Part shown: in pieces, positions 18,938 through 29,513 of the stretch
Position numbering within the stretch: position 1 is the first letter of the stretch
Layout of the letters: every line of letters begins with the position of its first letter
Origin: an uncultured Leptospirales bacterium
GTDB lineage: Bacteria; Spirochaetota; UBA4802; UBA5550
Assembly: GCA_964392365.1 (NCBI GenBank)
Contig: CAYMPH010000010.1
Span: forward strand, 69,387 to 133,386
Direction: 5' to 3'
DNA: 64,000 nt
Notes under the pieces: model-generated
The model's input: the letters and a program-made list of their open reading frames with translations, nothing else
Database searches by the model: none
Told to the model about the DNA's origin: nothing
Translations under genes and position numbers: made by a program

Positions 18938-20086
18938 TTAAAATGTGAATTTTACTCCAAGGTCAACTGATAAATAATATCCAGCTAAAGTTTTTTCAAA
19001 GAACAATGTAAAGCCTGGAGTTAAATAAATTGATATTGTTTTATTAAATGAATACCCGACTTCACATTCAATTTTTACAAAAGGGTCATTAAATGTCTCA
19101 ATACCAGTTGAAAAAACATCTTTATATATGTGAAATGTATACCCGCCACTTAATATTGGGCTTAAGTTAAAATTTTTAGGTAATTGAAAATAATAACCCA
19201 GGCCAAGACCAAGTGATGCAATATTGTATAAATTTACAAAGTAAGTATTTTGAGTAAGGAAGTAATATCCAAAGTTTAAATTGATTATACTGTTTTCGAA
19301 TAAAAGATTTCTTAAACCAATATTTACAAAAGGTCCCAAGAATGGATTAACTGCTAATTTTTGAAATATCCCAAAAGGCTGAAGATAAGTAATACCAGTG
19401 GAAGCATAAAATTTCAACTTTACAGTAGTTTTTATTACTATTTCAAGTTGTGGATTGATTATTTCCTTTTGCTGTTCAAATGTTTCCTTCATTGGATCGA
19501 TTTGAATAATTTCATTTTGCGGAAGTGGTGCTTCATCAATTGATCCGATTTGTAGAGTATAATATTTTTCGACTTCCGCAGTGAATTTATTTAGAATTTC
19601 ATTAACTCCAGGTAATAAAACTTTTTCATTAATTTTATATAGAATTTTTCCTTCAAAAATTCTAATAAAAAAAAGTTCGATATGATATATATCAGCAAAT
19701 GTATTCTTGATTACATACTGTTCTTTACCTTCTTTTCCGAGAGGCCGGCTATCAATTAGTTTTTTGATTCTTGTTACTTTGCCAAAAACAGCAAAATTTA
19801 CTCCAATCTTTTTAGCTTCTTCAATTGCATTTTTTTCATTATAACATATTTTATTATCCGGAAGTTTTTTTAAATACTTGATTTTATCAAGATAATTTAA
19901 AAGAGACTCATTTATTTTGTTTTTTACTGATTGATCTGCATTAATATTTTGAAGTTTAAATATTTTTGTGCCTAAAACTTTTAAAGATAATTTAGAATTT
20001 CTGTCAGCGTATACAGGGGAAAGTATAAAAATAAGAGAAGATATACCGATTATTATCGTTTTTTTTAACAACCCTGATTTAATCAT
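18938..20086 (-). CDS. Secreted protein: CsgG/TolB-N-like domain + outer-membrane beta-barrel
   Basis: Signal peptide; AKKIGVNFAVFGKV motif; C-terminal amphipathic strands ending in Phe (GVKFTF). Confidence 0.55.
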   Translation of the reverse strand: MIKSGLLKKTIIIGISSLIFILSPVYADRNSKLSLKVLGTKIFKLQNINADQSVKNKINESLLNYLDKIKYLKKLPDNKICYNEKNAIEEAKKIGVNFAVFGKVTRIKKLIDSRPLGKEGKEQYVIKNTFADIYHIELFFIRIFEGKILYKINEKVLLPGVNEILNKFTAEVEKYYTLQIGSIDEAPLPQNEIIQIDPMKETFEQQKEIINPQLEIVIKTTVKLKFYASTGITYLQPFGIFQKLAVNPFLGPFVNIGLRNLLFENSIINLNFGYYFLTQNTYFVNLYNIASLGLGLGYYFQLPKNFNLSPILSGGYTFHIYKDVFSTGIETFNDPFVKIECEVGYSFNKTISIYLTPGFTLFFEKTLAGYYLSVDLGVKFTF

Positions 20087-20090
20087 GGGT

Positions 20091-23000
20091 TTATAGCCAG
20101 AGCTTATAATGGTAGCCCATGTCTACATATAAACTAAATGGACTTGTTGGAATGTCAATAAGCGGATTTATATCTGAACTATCTGTAGTTTTACCGGATA
20201 TTTCAGCTGGAATATGTAATGGATTTGGATCACCAGCATCAATACATTTACTTTTTGTAAGAATGGGTGTCTGCTTTAAAAAATAATATCCGATTGAATA
20301 GCCGAAGAATTTAACACTTGGATTTTGTAGTGCAAATGAAGGATTACTGTTAATATTACCATCTACAATCAGAAAGGAATTCGAACAAGAGTATGTTGCG
20401 TTTATAATACCAGAATTTGATATATTATTATTCCATATTATTGAATTAAGAATATTTATTGTACCTGTTGAAGTATTAGAAGTATTATATATTCCGCTGC
20501 CTGACGCTGAAATATTGTCTGCGATAGTACAGTTTGTTAATGATGCTGTTCCTTCATTGAATAATCCAGCTCCATTTGTTATTCCTATAATATTTTTCAT
20601 AATTAAACAATTGATTGCATAAAGATTTCCAGTTGGTGCGTTATATATTGCTCCGCCGGAAAAAACATTGTTATTTTCGCCAAAAACTGTATTTGTAAAT
20701 TTTGCCTTGTTCTTGTTATAAAATGTTCCATAAGTGTATAGCTTAGGATCGAATGCTTGAGGATCAGTGTTTTCTATAGGTATCGATTTTGTTATTCCAA
20801 AATTCCCTTGAAATAATGTTTCGTTAATGACGCTTTCTGATGCGCTGTCTGAATAAATTGCAGCGCCATGACCTGAAGTTTTATTTTCCTTAAAAATTGA
20901 TCCTGTAATTAAATAATTTGAAGTCTCCTTATTCTCTATATGAGCTGCCCCGCCTGAACACCTAATAGCAGGTAAAGTAGGATCAGAAATATCATTTTCA
21001 TTATTTGCAGAATTAGAATCAAATTCCGAGTTTTCAATTTTAAATTGAGCACCTATTATACTGTTATAATGATAAATTGCACCTCCCTTATTTAAAGCTG
21101 AATTATTAGTAAAAAAGCAAACAGTAAAGGCATAGACAGCTTTTGATACTGAATTATATTGATAAATTGCTCCTCCGGACAAGTCGAGTGATCCCCAGAT
21201 TGGAGTTGGCAAAGTCTCTAAGTCAAACATTGTTTTATTATTAGAAAATATTGTATTTACTATAGTTGTATTGTCCCTTACCTGAAGATCGCAGATAGCT
21301 CCGCCTTTAGAGCCTGATATTGATTTAGCGTAGTTAGAATCAAATGTTGAATTATTGATTAGAAGAAAAATATGCCTGTAGCCGCAGATTGCCCCGCCTT
21401 TTGTATCTTTATCCTGTACTGAGTTTTCCGCTTTGTTAAATGATAGAGTGCTGTTGTATATTTCACAAGAGCTATCAATATTATTATATATTGCTCCTCC
21501 ATACCTGAATGCTTTATTTGATTTTAATTCTGAATATGTTGGAATATTATTTTCATCAAAATATGTATCAATTCTAAGAATTCCTGAAGAATAGATTGCA
21601 CCTCCATTTTCCAGGGCTGTATTATCATTAATGGTTGAGCCGTAAATATGTAATGAACCTGTGGAATAAATACCTCCGCCATATTTAATATTTGTTTTAT
21701 TATTATGAATGGTAGAAATATTAATTTTAAGACCATTGTGTCTGGCGTTATATATACCGCCGCCGATAGGCTCGCCGGTTGTGCTAACTTTAATTGTATT
21801 GTCTGATATGATACATTTAGATAGAGTAAGAGATGTATTTGTCAGAGACTGAGTATATATGCCGCCTCCAGCTGATCCTGCTTCATTATTTTGAATTTGG
21901 CAGTTTTCTATGCTGGTTTTTCCTGTTGTATCGCTGATACCACCGCCGTAATTTTTAGCTGTATTTTGTGATATTGTACAATTTTTAATTATTGAATTTC
22001 CATTATTGGAAATTCCTCCGCCATCGTTATTTTTGGATTCATTGCTCATTATGTTATAATTTTCAATAGTGATGGGTGTTATTTGTGTTCCGCAATATTG
22101 ATCTATGTAAATAGCTCCACCGCTTCCTGAGGATTTATTTGATGACATATTACCTTTATTTGTGGTGTAAGTCATTATTGAATTTGTAACTTTGCCAAAA
22201 TATACGGCTCCGCCGTTTGCCGCGGCAATATTCCCTGTAAAATTATTATCAATCAGCTGGACGTTTGCTGTATTTCCCAAATAAACAGCGCCGCCCATCC
22301 CTGCTTCATTGGATGTAAAGATACAGTTTTTAATAAAAATATCGCTTGAGTTTATGATAAAAATTCCACCGCCTAAATAGCTATCTCCAAAACCGGTAGC
22401 CCGGCCATTTTGAATTGTAAAACCGTCAATTGTTACATTGGCAACGAGCTCCCCTCTTAAAATAGGATTTGCGTTGTTTCCATCAAGGATAGTTGTAAAA
22501 GTTCTATTTTGCTTGTTAATTTCATTTCCCTGGAATCCGCCATACAGCGAAACATCTGTTTTAAGCTCCTTAAATAAAGTATATGTCCCTTGAGCCACCC
22601 ATATTTCAGACCCCGCAGTAGAAGCATCAATGGCTTGTGAAAGTTCTTTATAAGCTGTATCCCAGGATTTTCCATCAAATAAACCATCCCATCCAGGGGC
22701 ATTAGCCCAAACATATATTACATTTGCAGGAACAACATTTACTGTAATTACGGATGAACTTTCGGCACCTTCTGAATCGGTGACTTTATAATTAAATAAA
22801 AATTTTCCAAAGTAGTTTTTACCAGCTGTAAATTTCCATTTTGTTCCAGTATATATAAGTTTACCATAATCCGGGGGAATGGGATCTATAAGAAAAATTA
22901 AATTCCCGCCATCCGGATTAATTACTGGAAAATCAAATTCAATCCATCCGGGTTCAAGTGGTTCTTCATGATTTTTAACTACCAGGCGCTGAGGCAACGC

Positions 23001-23963
23001 TACGGGGTCATCATGTACAGGGTTTACAGTGACTGTGACTGTTATTACATTGCTGTCGCTTTTACCATCATTTGCATAATAGGTAAAAGTAAACGTTCCA
23101 TTGTAATGATCTTTTGGCGTATATGTTACAATTGATCCGCTTATTGAATATGTTCCATATAAAGGATTTAATGAAACAATATATTGAAGCGGATCATTAT
23201 CAACATCTGTTACATTAAGTGGTATTGCCACAGGCATATGTTCATATGTTGATTGATTCGGCAAAGCGTGTGCAACAGGCGGGTCATTATCCGGATCAAT
23301 AGTTATTGTAACAGTTGCAGGCAAGCTGTCATTGAAACCCGGTGCTCTTGCGATAAAGATGAAAGAGTCTGAATCTGTTCCATTAAAATCGTCAGCCGGA
23401 TCGTATTCCCATTCTAAATTACTTATTTTAGTGAGTGTTCCATGTAATGGCTGCTGTTGAATAATAATATCAAGCGTAGCTAAATTCTTATTGTTAACTC
23501 TTAATTGAAATCTTACTGGTGTATCTTCCTTAGTTGCAACAGTACTATTATAAGCAGTCAGATCGTCTCCTATAAAAAGCGAGATTGTGGATATATTGCT
23601 CGAAGAAGTGCCGTCAGTTACATGGAATTTGAATGAATCAGGGCCATTATAGGTTGGATCATCCGGAGTATAGGTAAATTTATTTTTTTCGGGTTTATTC
23701 TGGGTTAATTTTCCTTTTACAGGGTAAGAGTCTATCATAAAGGCTACTGAATTGGAATTTTTATTAGTTTGCAGTTCAATTTCAACCGGCTGGTTCATAG
23801 GTGTTCGATAATATGCCGAAGATGTTTGAAATGGAATATAAATAGATTGAGAAACAATATCTTTAACATCGCTGTTTGAGCAGCCTGCGAGCATAAACAT
23901 GAATAACAGTATGGGATATAATATTTTTTTACTTTTCATATATTTTATATTTATTTTACTCAT
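20091..23963 (-). CDS. Large surface lipoprotein: tandem Ig/cadherin-like domains + Pmp-like (GGAI/FxxN) beta-helix
   Basis: Lipobox MLAGC; DGPDSF/DNDPP/YTP Ig repeats; more than 10 GGAI-type and FxxN motifs; C-terminal SKCIDAG. Confidence 0.8.
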   Translation of the reverse strand: MSKINIKYMKSKKILYPILLFMFMLAGCSNSDVKDIVSQSIYIPFQTSSAYYRTPMNQPVEIELQTNKNSNSVAFMIDSYPVKGKLTQNKPEKNKFTYTPDDPTYNGPDSFKFHVTDGTSSSNISTISLFIGDDLTAYNSTVATKEDTPVRFQLRVNNKNLATLDIIIQQQPLHGTLTKISNLEWEYDPADDFNGTDSDSFIFIARAPGFNDSLPATVTITIDPDNDPPVAHALPNQSTYEHMPVAIPLNVTDVDNDPLQYIVSLNPLYGTYSISGSIVTYTPKDHYNGTFTFTYYANDGKSDSNVITVTVTVNPVHDDPVALPQRLVVKNHEEPLEPGWIEFDFPVINPDGGNLIFLIDPIPPDYGKLIYTGTKWKFTAGKNYFGKFLFNYKVTDSEGAESSSVITVNVVPANVIYVWANAPGWDGLFDGKSWDTAYKELSQAIDASTAGSEIWVAQGTYTLFKELKTDVSLYGGFQGNEINKQNRTFTTILDGNNANPILRGELVANVTIDGFTIQNGRATGFGDSYLGGGIFIINSSDIFIKNCIFTSNEAGMGGAVYLGNTANVQLIDNNFTGNIAAANGGAVYFGKVTNSIMTYTTNKGNMSSNKSSGSGGAIYIDQYCGTQITPITIENYNIMSNESKNNDGGGISNNGNSIIKNCTISQNTAKNYGGGISDTTGKTSIENCQIQNNEAGSAGGGIYTQSLTNTSLTLSKCIISDNTIKVSTTGEPIGGGIYNARHNGLKINISTIHNNKTNIKYGGGIYSTGSLHIYGSTINDNTALENGGAIYSSGILRIDTYFDENNIPTYSELKSNKAFRYGGAIYNNIDSSCEIYNSTLSFNKAENSVQDKDTKGGAICGYRHIFLLINNSTFDSNYAKSISGSKGGAICDLQVRDNTTIVNTIFSNNKTMFDLETLPTPIWGSLDLSGGAIYQYNSVSKAVYAFTVCFFTNNSALNKGGAIYHYNSIIGAQFKIENSEFDSNSANNENDISDPTLPAIRCSGGAAHIENKETSNYLITGSIFKENKTSGHGAAIYSDSASESVINETLFQGNFGITKSIPIENTDPQAFDPKLYTYGTFYNKNKAKFTNTVFGENNNVFSGGAIYNAPTGNLYAINCLIMKNIIGITNGAGLFNEGTASLTNCTIADNISASGSGIYNTSNTSTGTINILNSIIWNNNISNSGIINATYSCSNSFLIVDGNINSNPSFALQNPSVKFFGYSIGYYFLKQTPILTKSKCIDAGDPNPLHIPAEISGKTTDSSDINPLIDIPTSPFSLYVDMGYHYKLWL

Positions 23964-24219
23964 GGATACCTGTTCTTGTGCTGAGTTATTAAAGCATTCA
24001 CAAGAATGACAGAAAATGTATGCCCACTGACATGATTTTTATTGCATAACCTGCCCTATTTATTAATTAACAAACCGGTATTCTTTATTACCGGCAAATT
24101 TTGATTAAACGCAACAAATTTCAAGAAATTAAAGTTTTTTTTTGGCATTTTTATTGCAATTAATCACTAATATATTGATGGATGCCTTTATATATATTAA
24201 GTGATAAAATTTCAGGTTT

Positions 24220-25758
24220 ATGACAAAAAAAATATTAATAATTTTAACTTTTCTGATACTTTTTTCAGGCTGTTCAAACATGCTCGCAGAAAAAACAGCT
24301 GACCTTTCGTTATATGAAAATATGTTAAACGCAGCATCACCTCAAGCATATTTTGCTATAAACGGAGAAAGCGTTAACTTATACTCATTAACAGCTTATC
24401 TTAATCTGAATGTGACCAATGGATATAAAATGCGTTTCAGTAACGACAATAGTATATGGTCTGAATGGGAAAATTACAGTTTTATAACTAATTGGAATTT
24501 ATCAGATGGAGATGGAGAAAAAACTGTTTTTGCTCAAGTTCAGAAAACCAGCGGGGATATTTTATATTTTAATGATTCTATACGGTATATTAATAAAATT
24601 ATTCCAACTGATTTAAACTCTGATTCTTTCTTCGGGCAAAGCGTATCAATTTCTTCAGACGGCAATGTAATAGCTGCTGGTACAAACATTGGAACAGGCG
24701 GCAGCGCATCCATATACAAGTGGTATACTGCAAACTGGCAGGAAACAAAACTTGAAAGACCATCATCAACTGAAAATGATTTTTATGGACATGCTGTTTC
24801 ATTAAATGGGTCTGGAAATTATGCAGCTGCAGGGGCATACGGATTTAACCAGATAGGAGCTGTTTATATATTCAAACAAAGTTTAATAATTACAGAACCA
24901 TGGGATTTAGTAAAAACTTTAAGTGCAGGCGATGGTTCTGTTGATGACTATTTCGGTTACAGCGTTTCAATGTCAAGAAACGGTTCAATTCTTGCAGTTG
25001 GAGCACCAGGTAAAGACTCAATTGATAAAATGAATACCGGAACCGTTTATATTTATGCCAAGGGATCGGACGATTGGTCTCTTATAACAACAATAACTGC
25101 GGATGCGATTGACCAGGAGGCAGAAGACAAGTTCGGAACAGCAGTTGCAGTTTCAGCAGACGGAACGTATATAGCTGTATCAACGCCCAATGCTTCCCAG
25201 TTCAAAGGAGCAGTGTATGTATATGAAAAAAGCGGAAATAACTATATTAAAAGAAAGAAGCTCATGGCAGATGATTCATCAATTAACAGCCTTTTAGGAA
25301 CTTCCATTTCAATTTCAGATAATGGCCTAATTATTTCCGCTGGAGCCCCGGGCTGTGACATTGCTGGTAAAGTAAATCAGGGAGCTGTTTATATTTTTGA
25401 ACATAACGGCTCTACCTGGATTCAAATAAAAAAACTGACTTCATCCGACGGGCTGTCTAATGACGGCTTCGGCAATTCCGTTTCATTATCATTTGATGGA
25501 ACTTTTTTATGCGCAGGATCAAGCAGATCTGATTTCCAGACTATGAGCGATTCTGGAGCTGTTTATATTTTTAATAGAAATGCAGGCATTTATACTGAAT
25601 ATAAAAAGCATATTGCTCTTGACGGAGGTACCGACTTTTTACTTGGCAGTGCAGTTGCCATTTCATACGACGGCGGGAAAGTAAAAACAGCAGCAGGTTC
25701 AAAAGGAGATTCAACACAAATACCGAGGAAAGGATCAGTATATGTATTCAGCGATTAG
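24220..25758 (+). CDS. FG-GAP (integrin-like beta-propeller) repeat lipoprotein
   Basis: Lipobox FSGC; repeated FGxSVS(I/L)SxDG...GA...GAVY(I/V)(F/Y) units. Confidence 0.85.
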   Translation: MTKKILIILTFLILFSGCSNMLAEKTADLSLYENMLNAASPQAYFAINGESVNLYSLTAYLNLNVTNGYKMRFSNDNSIWSEWENYSFITNWNLSDGDGEKTVFAQVQKTSGDILYFNDSIRYINKIIPTDLNSDSFFGQSVSISSDGNVIAAGTNIGTGGSASIYKWYTANWQETKLERPSSTENDFYGHAVSLNGSGNYAAAGAYGFNQIGAVYIFKQSLIITEPWDLVKTLSAGDGSVDDYFGYSVSMSRNGSILAVGAPGKDSIDKMNTGTVYIYAKGSDDWSLITTITADAIDQEAEDKFGTAVAVSADGTYIAVSTPNASQFKGAVYVYEKSGNNYIKRKKLMADDSSINSLLGTSISISDNGLIISAGAPGCDIAGKVNQGAVYIFEHNGSTWIQIKKLTSSDGLSNDGFGNSVSLSFDGTFLCAGSSRSDFQTMSDSGAVYIFNRNAGIYTEYKKHIALDGGTDFLLGSAVAISYDGGKVKTAAGSKGDSTQIPRKGSVYVFSD

Positions 25759-28069
25759 AAAAAATACATTTCTCGCCTTCTCTGCACTTATATTTTTAAC
25801 AGCCTGCTTGTCAACTGATAACAGTCAAAACTCGTCTGTATCTTCTATATCTGCTGTATTTGGAATTTCAACAACTGAATTAAAAGCAGCACAGATAAAT
25901 AAACCTTATATGGATACAATTACTGCAACTGGCGGTACGGATTATATTTTCTCGCTTATTGGAGTTCTTCCTGCAGGCCTTTCGCTTGAGAGTAATGGAA
26001 AAATTACTGGAACAGTAACAGCAGCAACAGGAATTTATAATTTCCAAATTAAATGCACTGATTCTGCAGATACTGCGAAAACTGATATTAAAGATTTATC
26101 AATTATAGTACTTGATAATACCTGGACTGTTATGCTACATTTTGCAATAGATAACAATATTGATTACGAGTATGAAAGAGATTATGGAATAGTAACAAAT
26201 TATATAAACACTCTTCAGACAATAAAAAGAAACGATACTTTGAACAAGTTGAAAATTCTTTTATTGATGGATGGCTTTAACGGCAATACAACTTTTAAAG
26301 ACGGAATATATAATCTAAGAGGATCGGCTAATTTAAGAGACGATTTAGTGGTTGATATTGCTGAATTAAATTCAGGAGACATTAAATCAACAAAGAACTT
26401 TTTTGACTACGTTGTAAAAAAATATCCAGCAAAGCATTATTTTTATTCTATATTCAATCATGGCGGAGGATTTGACAACACAAACAAAGAAGGAACCGGA
26501 CAAACCTGTTCTAATGAAAATCCGATAACCTCATTTTTTTCCTCTCTTATTAATCTCCTTGGCGGAATAGCTATAGATGAAACAAGCGGGAACGATACTT
26601 TATCATATTATGAACTGGGTAAAATAGCACAATATTTTTCAAAAATAACCGGAGGAGACAAGATTGACATTTTTTTCCCATTTGCCTGCCTTATGGGAAA
26701 TACAGAACTTGCCTATGAATTAAGACAAAATGTGAATTACCTATTATTCTCTGAAGAGGCATTTCCTGCGGATTACTGGTCATACGAGGCACTTAGTGGA
26801 ATAACCAGCGATTATAACATTACTCCAGTAAATTTAGGGAAAAAATTCTGCGACTCGGCGTATACTTATTTCAGCCAGGATTCAGTAAAACTTAATTTTA
26901 CATTGTCTCTTGTTGATAATTCAAAAATTGACGGGCTTATTATTGATTTGAATTCATACGCTGATGCAGCTAATAGCGTTATTCTTGGTGATACATCAAA
27001 AGCTGTATATTTCAACAATGCAGCAGACAATGCATTTTCAATGGATACTGACGGGCTGGATCCAAATTTTTATTATATTGATCTTGGCGGATATCTTAAT
27101 AATATTATAAATTCTCCCTCTATTGATGCAGCTGTAAAAAATAAAGCCCAGAGCGTAATAACTTCTCTGCAAACTGCTGTTTTATATACAAAAAATTACG
27201 GCTTTAATAATGCAACTGGAATGACAATATTTCATAACATCTGGAAATCGAGATATCAGTATGATGTAAATTTTTATAAAACCATACTTTCCGCAGGAAC
27301 AGGCTCATGGGCATTATATATGGAAACAATGACTAATCTTGAAACTATAATTAATCCTCCTCCGCTTGCTGATACTTATGAACCTGACAATTCCTCCTAT
27401 TCAAATATAATAAGGATTGGGGATATTCAAAACCATACTCTTCATGAAGGAACAGTAATAGATGCAGATTTATATACACTTGATTTAAGAGCAATGGGAT
27501 CATCGAAATATATATGCATTGAAACATCAAAATACAATATTGATACAAGCACTTCTATTTATCTTTATGATTCAAACGGCTATTTAATATCTACAGTAAA
27601 CAGTAATGTAACTGGAATGTATTCTAAAATTGTTACGAATTTAAATCCAGGTATTTACTATTTAAAGGTTAGAGGCTATTACACAAGATATGGTGATTAT
27701 AAAATAGCTGTAAGCGAGTACCTGGCTGATTCATATGAAAATGACGATTCTTTTGTAAATGCCAAAGTAATCCTGGCTGGTAGCCCGCAAACTCATAATT
27801 TTATTCCTTTTGGTGAATCTGACTTTTTAACATTTAATATAGATTCTGAAAAATCAGTTACTATTGAAACAAAACCAAACAGCCTTGGAAGCGATACAGT
27901 TCTTTATTTGTATGATAGCAATAAAGCTCTTCTTGAAAGAAACGATGATAACAATGGAACAAGGTATTCAAAAATTACAAGGACTCTGCCTTCTGGAGAT
28001 TATTTCATCAAAATCAGCGATGAATATACCAAAGGCGGGGATTATATTATAGAAGTGACTACGTATTAG
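25742..28069 (+). CDS. Clostripain-family (peptidase C11) lipoprotein with an N-terminal Ig (He_PIG-like) domain and C-terminal PPC-like domains
   Basis: Lipobox LTAC; WTVMLHFAIDNN, FNHGGG (His), FACLMG (Cys), LLFSEE; two DxYExxxS...DTxLYLYD repeats. Confidence 0.8.
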   Translation: MYSAIRKNTFLAFSALIFLTACLSTDNSQNSSVSSISAVFGISTTELKAAQINKPYMDTITATGGTDYIFSLIGVLPAGLSLESNGKITGTVTAATGIYNFQIKCTDSADTAKTDIKDLSIIVLDNTWTVMLHFAIDNNIDYEYERDYGIVTNYINTLQTIKRNDTLNKLKILLLMDGFNGNTTFKDGIYNLRGSANLRDDLVVDIAELNSGDIKSTKNFFDYVVKKYPAKHYFYSIFNHGGGFDNTNKEGTGQTCSNENPITSFFSSLINLLGGIAIDETSGNDTLSYYELGKIAQYFSKITGGDKIDIFFPFACLMGNTELAYELRQNVNYLLFSEEAFPADYWSYEALSGITSDYNITPVNLGKKFCDSAYTYFSQDSVKLNFTLSLVDNSKIDGLIIDLNSYADAANSVILGDTSKAVYFNNAADNAFSMDTDGLDPNFYYIDLGGYLNNIINSPSIDAAVKNKAQSVITSLQTAVLYTKNYGFNNATGMTIFHNIWKSRYQYDVNFYKTILSAGTGSWALYMETMTNLETIINPPPLADTYEPDNSSYSNIIRIGDIQNHTLHEGTVIDADLYTLDLRAMGSSKYICIETSKYNIDTSTSIYLYDSNGYLISTVNSNVTGMYSKIVTNLNPGIYYLKVRGYYTRYGDYKIAVSEYLADSYENDDSFVNAKVILAGSPQTHNFIPFGESDFLTFNIDSEKSVTIETKPNSLGSDTVLYLYDSNKALLERNDDNNGTRYSKITRTLPSGDYFIKISDEYTKGGDYIIEVTTY

Positions 28070-28114
28070 ACTAACTACAGGTCTATTGCTTAGAACCGCT
28101 GAATTATACTTAAT

Positions 28115-28205
28115 GTTATTCCCTTTGAAGAAGGGAATCCAGAGTTTAAATACAATGGATCCCCGCACTTGTGCTGAGCCCAGCCGAAGTATGCGCGGGA
28201 ATGAC
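28115..28205. repeat. Nested REP-like palindromic element
   Basis: GTTATTCCC-tttgaagaa-GGGAATCCAG...TGGATCCCCGC-[ACTTGTGCTGAGCCCAGCCGAAGTAT]-GCGCGGGAATGAC. The outer part resembles dRS3/RPE-type repeats; the inner part resembles CTGAGC..CGAAG-type repeats. Confidence 0.6.
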
Positions 28206-28280
28206 AGAAAGCGATCTAATCAAATCGTTAACTGCTATAGCTGTATAAAAAATATCAATTATAGAAGAGGCTCATTAACA

Positions 28281-29168
28281 ATGAAAACCATAACCAAATC
28301 GCTTTTTATCTTTATAATTATAAATTTAATTTATATCACGGCATTTTCACAAGAAAAATCTGCTGAATTAAAACCAGAAGAAAAAATTGAAATAAAAGAT
28401 GAGCAGGCTGATAAAAAAGAAAATTTAAAATTACAGGAACAAAAGCCGGAAAAAGCTGAAAAGCCAATTGAAAAAAATGATAACCCGGTTGAGAAAGCTG
28501 AAAAAAAAGCAGAACCAGAGATAAAAGAAAAAAGTATAGAGAAAGCACAAGCTGTAAAATCAGATAATACAAATGCTGGAAGACTATTCATAACTCTTAC
28601 CGGATTTGGAGGATTGTCTCTCACAAGCGGAGAATTTTCCGGCAGCGGGAATCAGGAGATGAATGCTGGAGGCAGCGGAGGCGTATTTTTAAATGTAGGC
28701 TATTATCTTTTTGAAAATGGAGGAATCTATTTAGGGCTGGAATATGCAAGCAAGCAGTCAATAATTAAGCGGACATTGCTGAATATGTCCATGAACAATA
28801 CATATAATTTCCAGTTTATGGAATTATTTCTCGGATACAGGGGAGAATATAAATGGTTTTTCTTTACAGCAGGCTTTTACTACGGCTTTAAAGCAGCTCC
28901 ATGGACTGAAGAAGTTAACTTAAATGGAAATTCTACAACAACTATAATAACTACAGCATATCCCACAAACTGTCATGATGAATTTGGAATTCAATTAGCA
29001 GTTGGGGCTACTATTAAAATTACAAGTTTTTTAAATATAGATGTAAGCATTTCATACGAAACTTCTTTTATCAATGCGTATGATAATCTTGATAAATTAA
29101 GAACTAATTTAATCAGCCTGAATGCCGGTGTAACTTTCAAAATTGATCTGGTGAAGAAAAAAGGGTAA
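28281..29168 (+). CDS. Outer-membrane beta-barrel (porin-family-like) protein with a Lys/Glu-rich periplasmic linker
   Basis: Start revised to ATG 28281 (MKTITKSLF.., AGAGG RBS); signal peptide, EK-rich low-complexity segment, then barrel strands. Confidence 0.7.
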   Translation: MKTITKSLFIFIIINLIYITAFSQEKSAELKPEEKIEIKDEQADKKENLKLQEQKPEKAEKPIEKNDNPVEKAEKKAEPEIKEKSIEKAQAVKSDNTNAGRLFITLTGFGGLSLTSGEFSGSGNQEMNAGGSGGVFLNVGYYLFENGGIYLGLEYASKQSIIKRTLLNMSMNNTYNFQFMELFLGYRGEYKWFFFTAGFYYGFKAAPWTEEVNLNGNSTTTIITTAYPTNCHDEFGIQLAVGATIKITSFLNIDVSISYETSFINAYDNLDKLRTNLISLNAGVTFKIDLVKKKG

Positions 29169-29513
29169 TTTCAACAGCGCTCACGAAAATATGATGGAAA
29201 CTAACATGAAAAATAATAAAAATGTTTTTTTTATTAAAAAAATTCTAATAAAACGCTATAATTACTTGATAAAAAATAATATTGAATAATTTTAGGCCGA
29301 AATAAAAAATTTTTGTCATTTTTTAGCATTTTTTGTCACTTATTAGTAAATGGATGATAATAATTAAGAAGCATTAAGAAATATTTATTATAAATTAGCA
29401 AATACAACTATATAAATTAGTTTTCTTCAGTGCTGATTAAAATAATAAATTCTAACGTCCATGGGATTGATTGTTATTGAGGAAAACAAAATTATGCAGG
29501 TTCGCATTGTATT

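Noticed and set aside
28086-28280. ORF-track N-terminal extension of the beta-barrel gene (likewise upstream starts at 30931, 52984, 55054, 48464)
   Set aside because: The extensions run through a repeat or the upstream gene. Downstream ATGs give a better RBS and/or a proper signal peptide.
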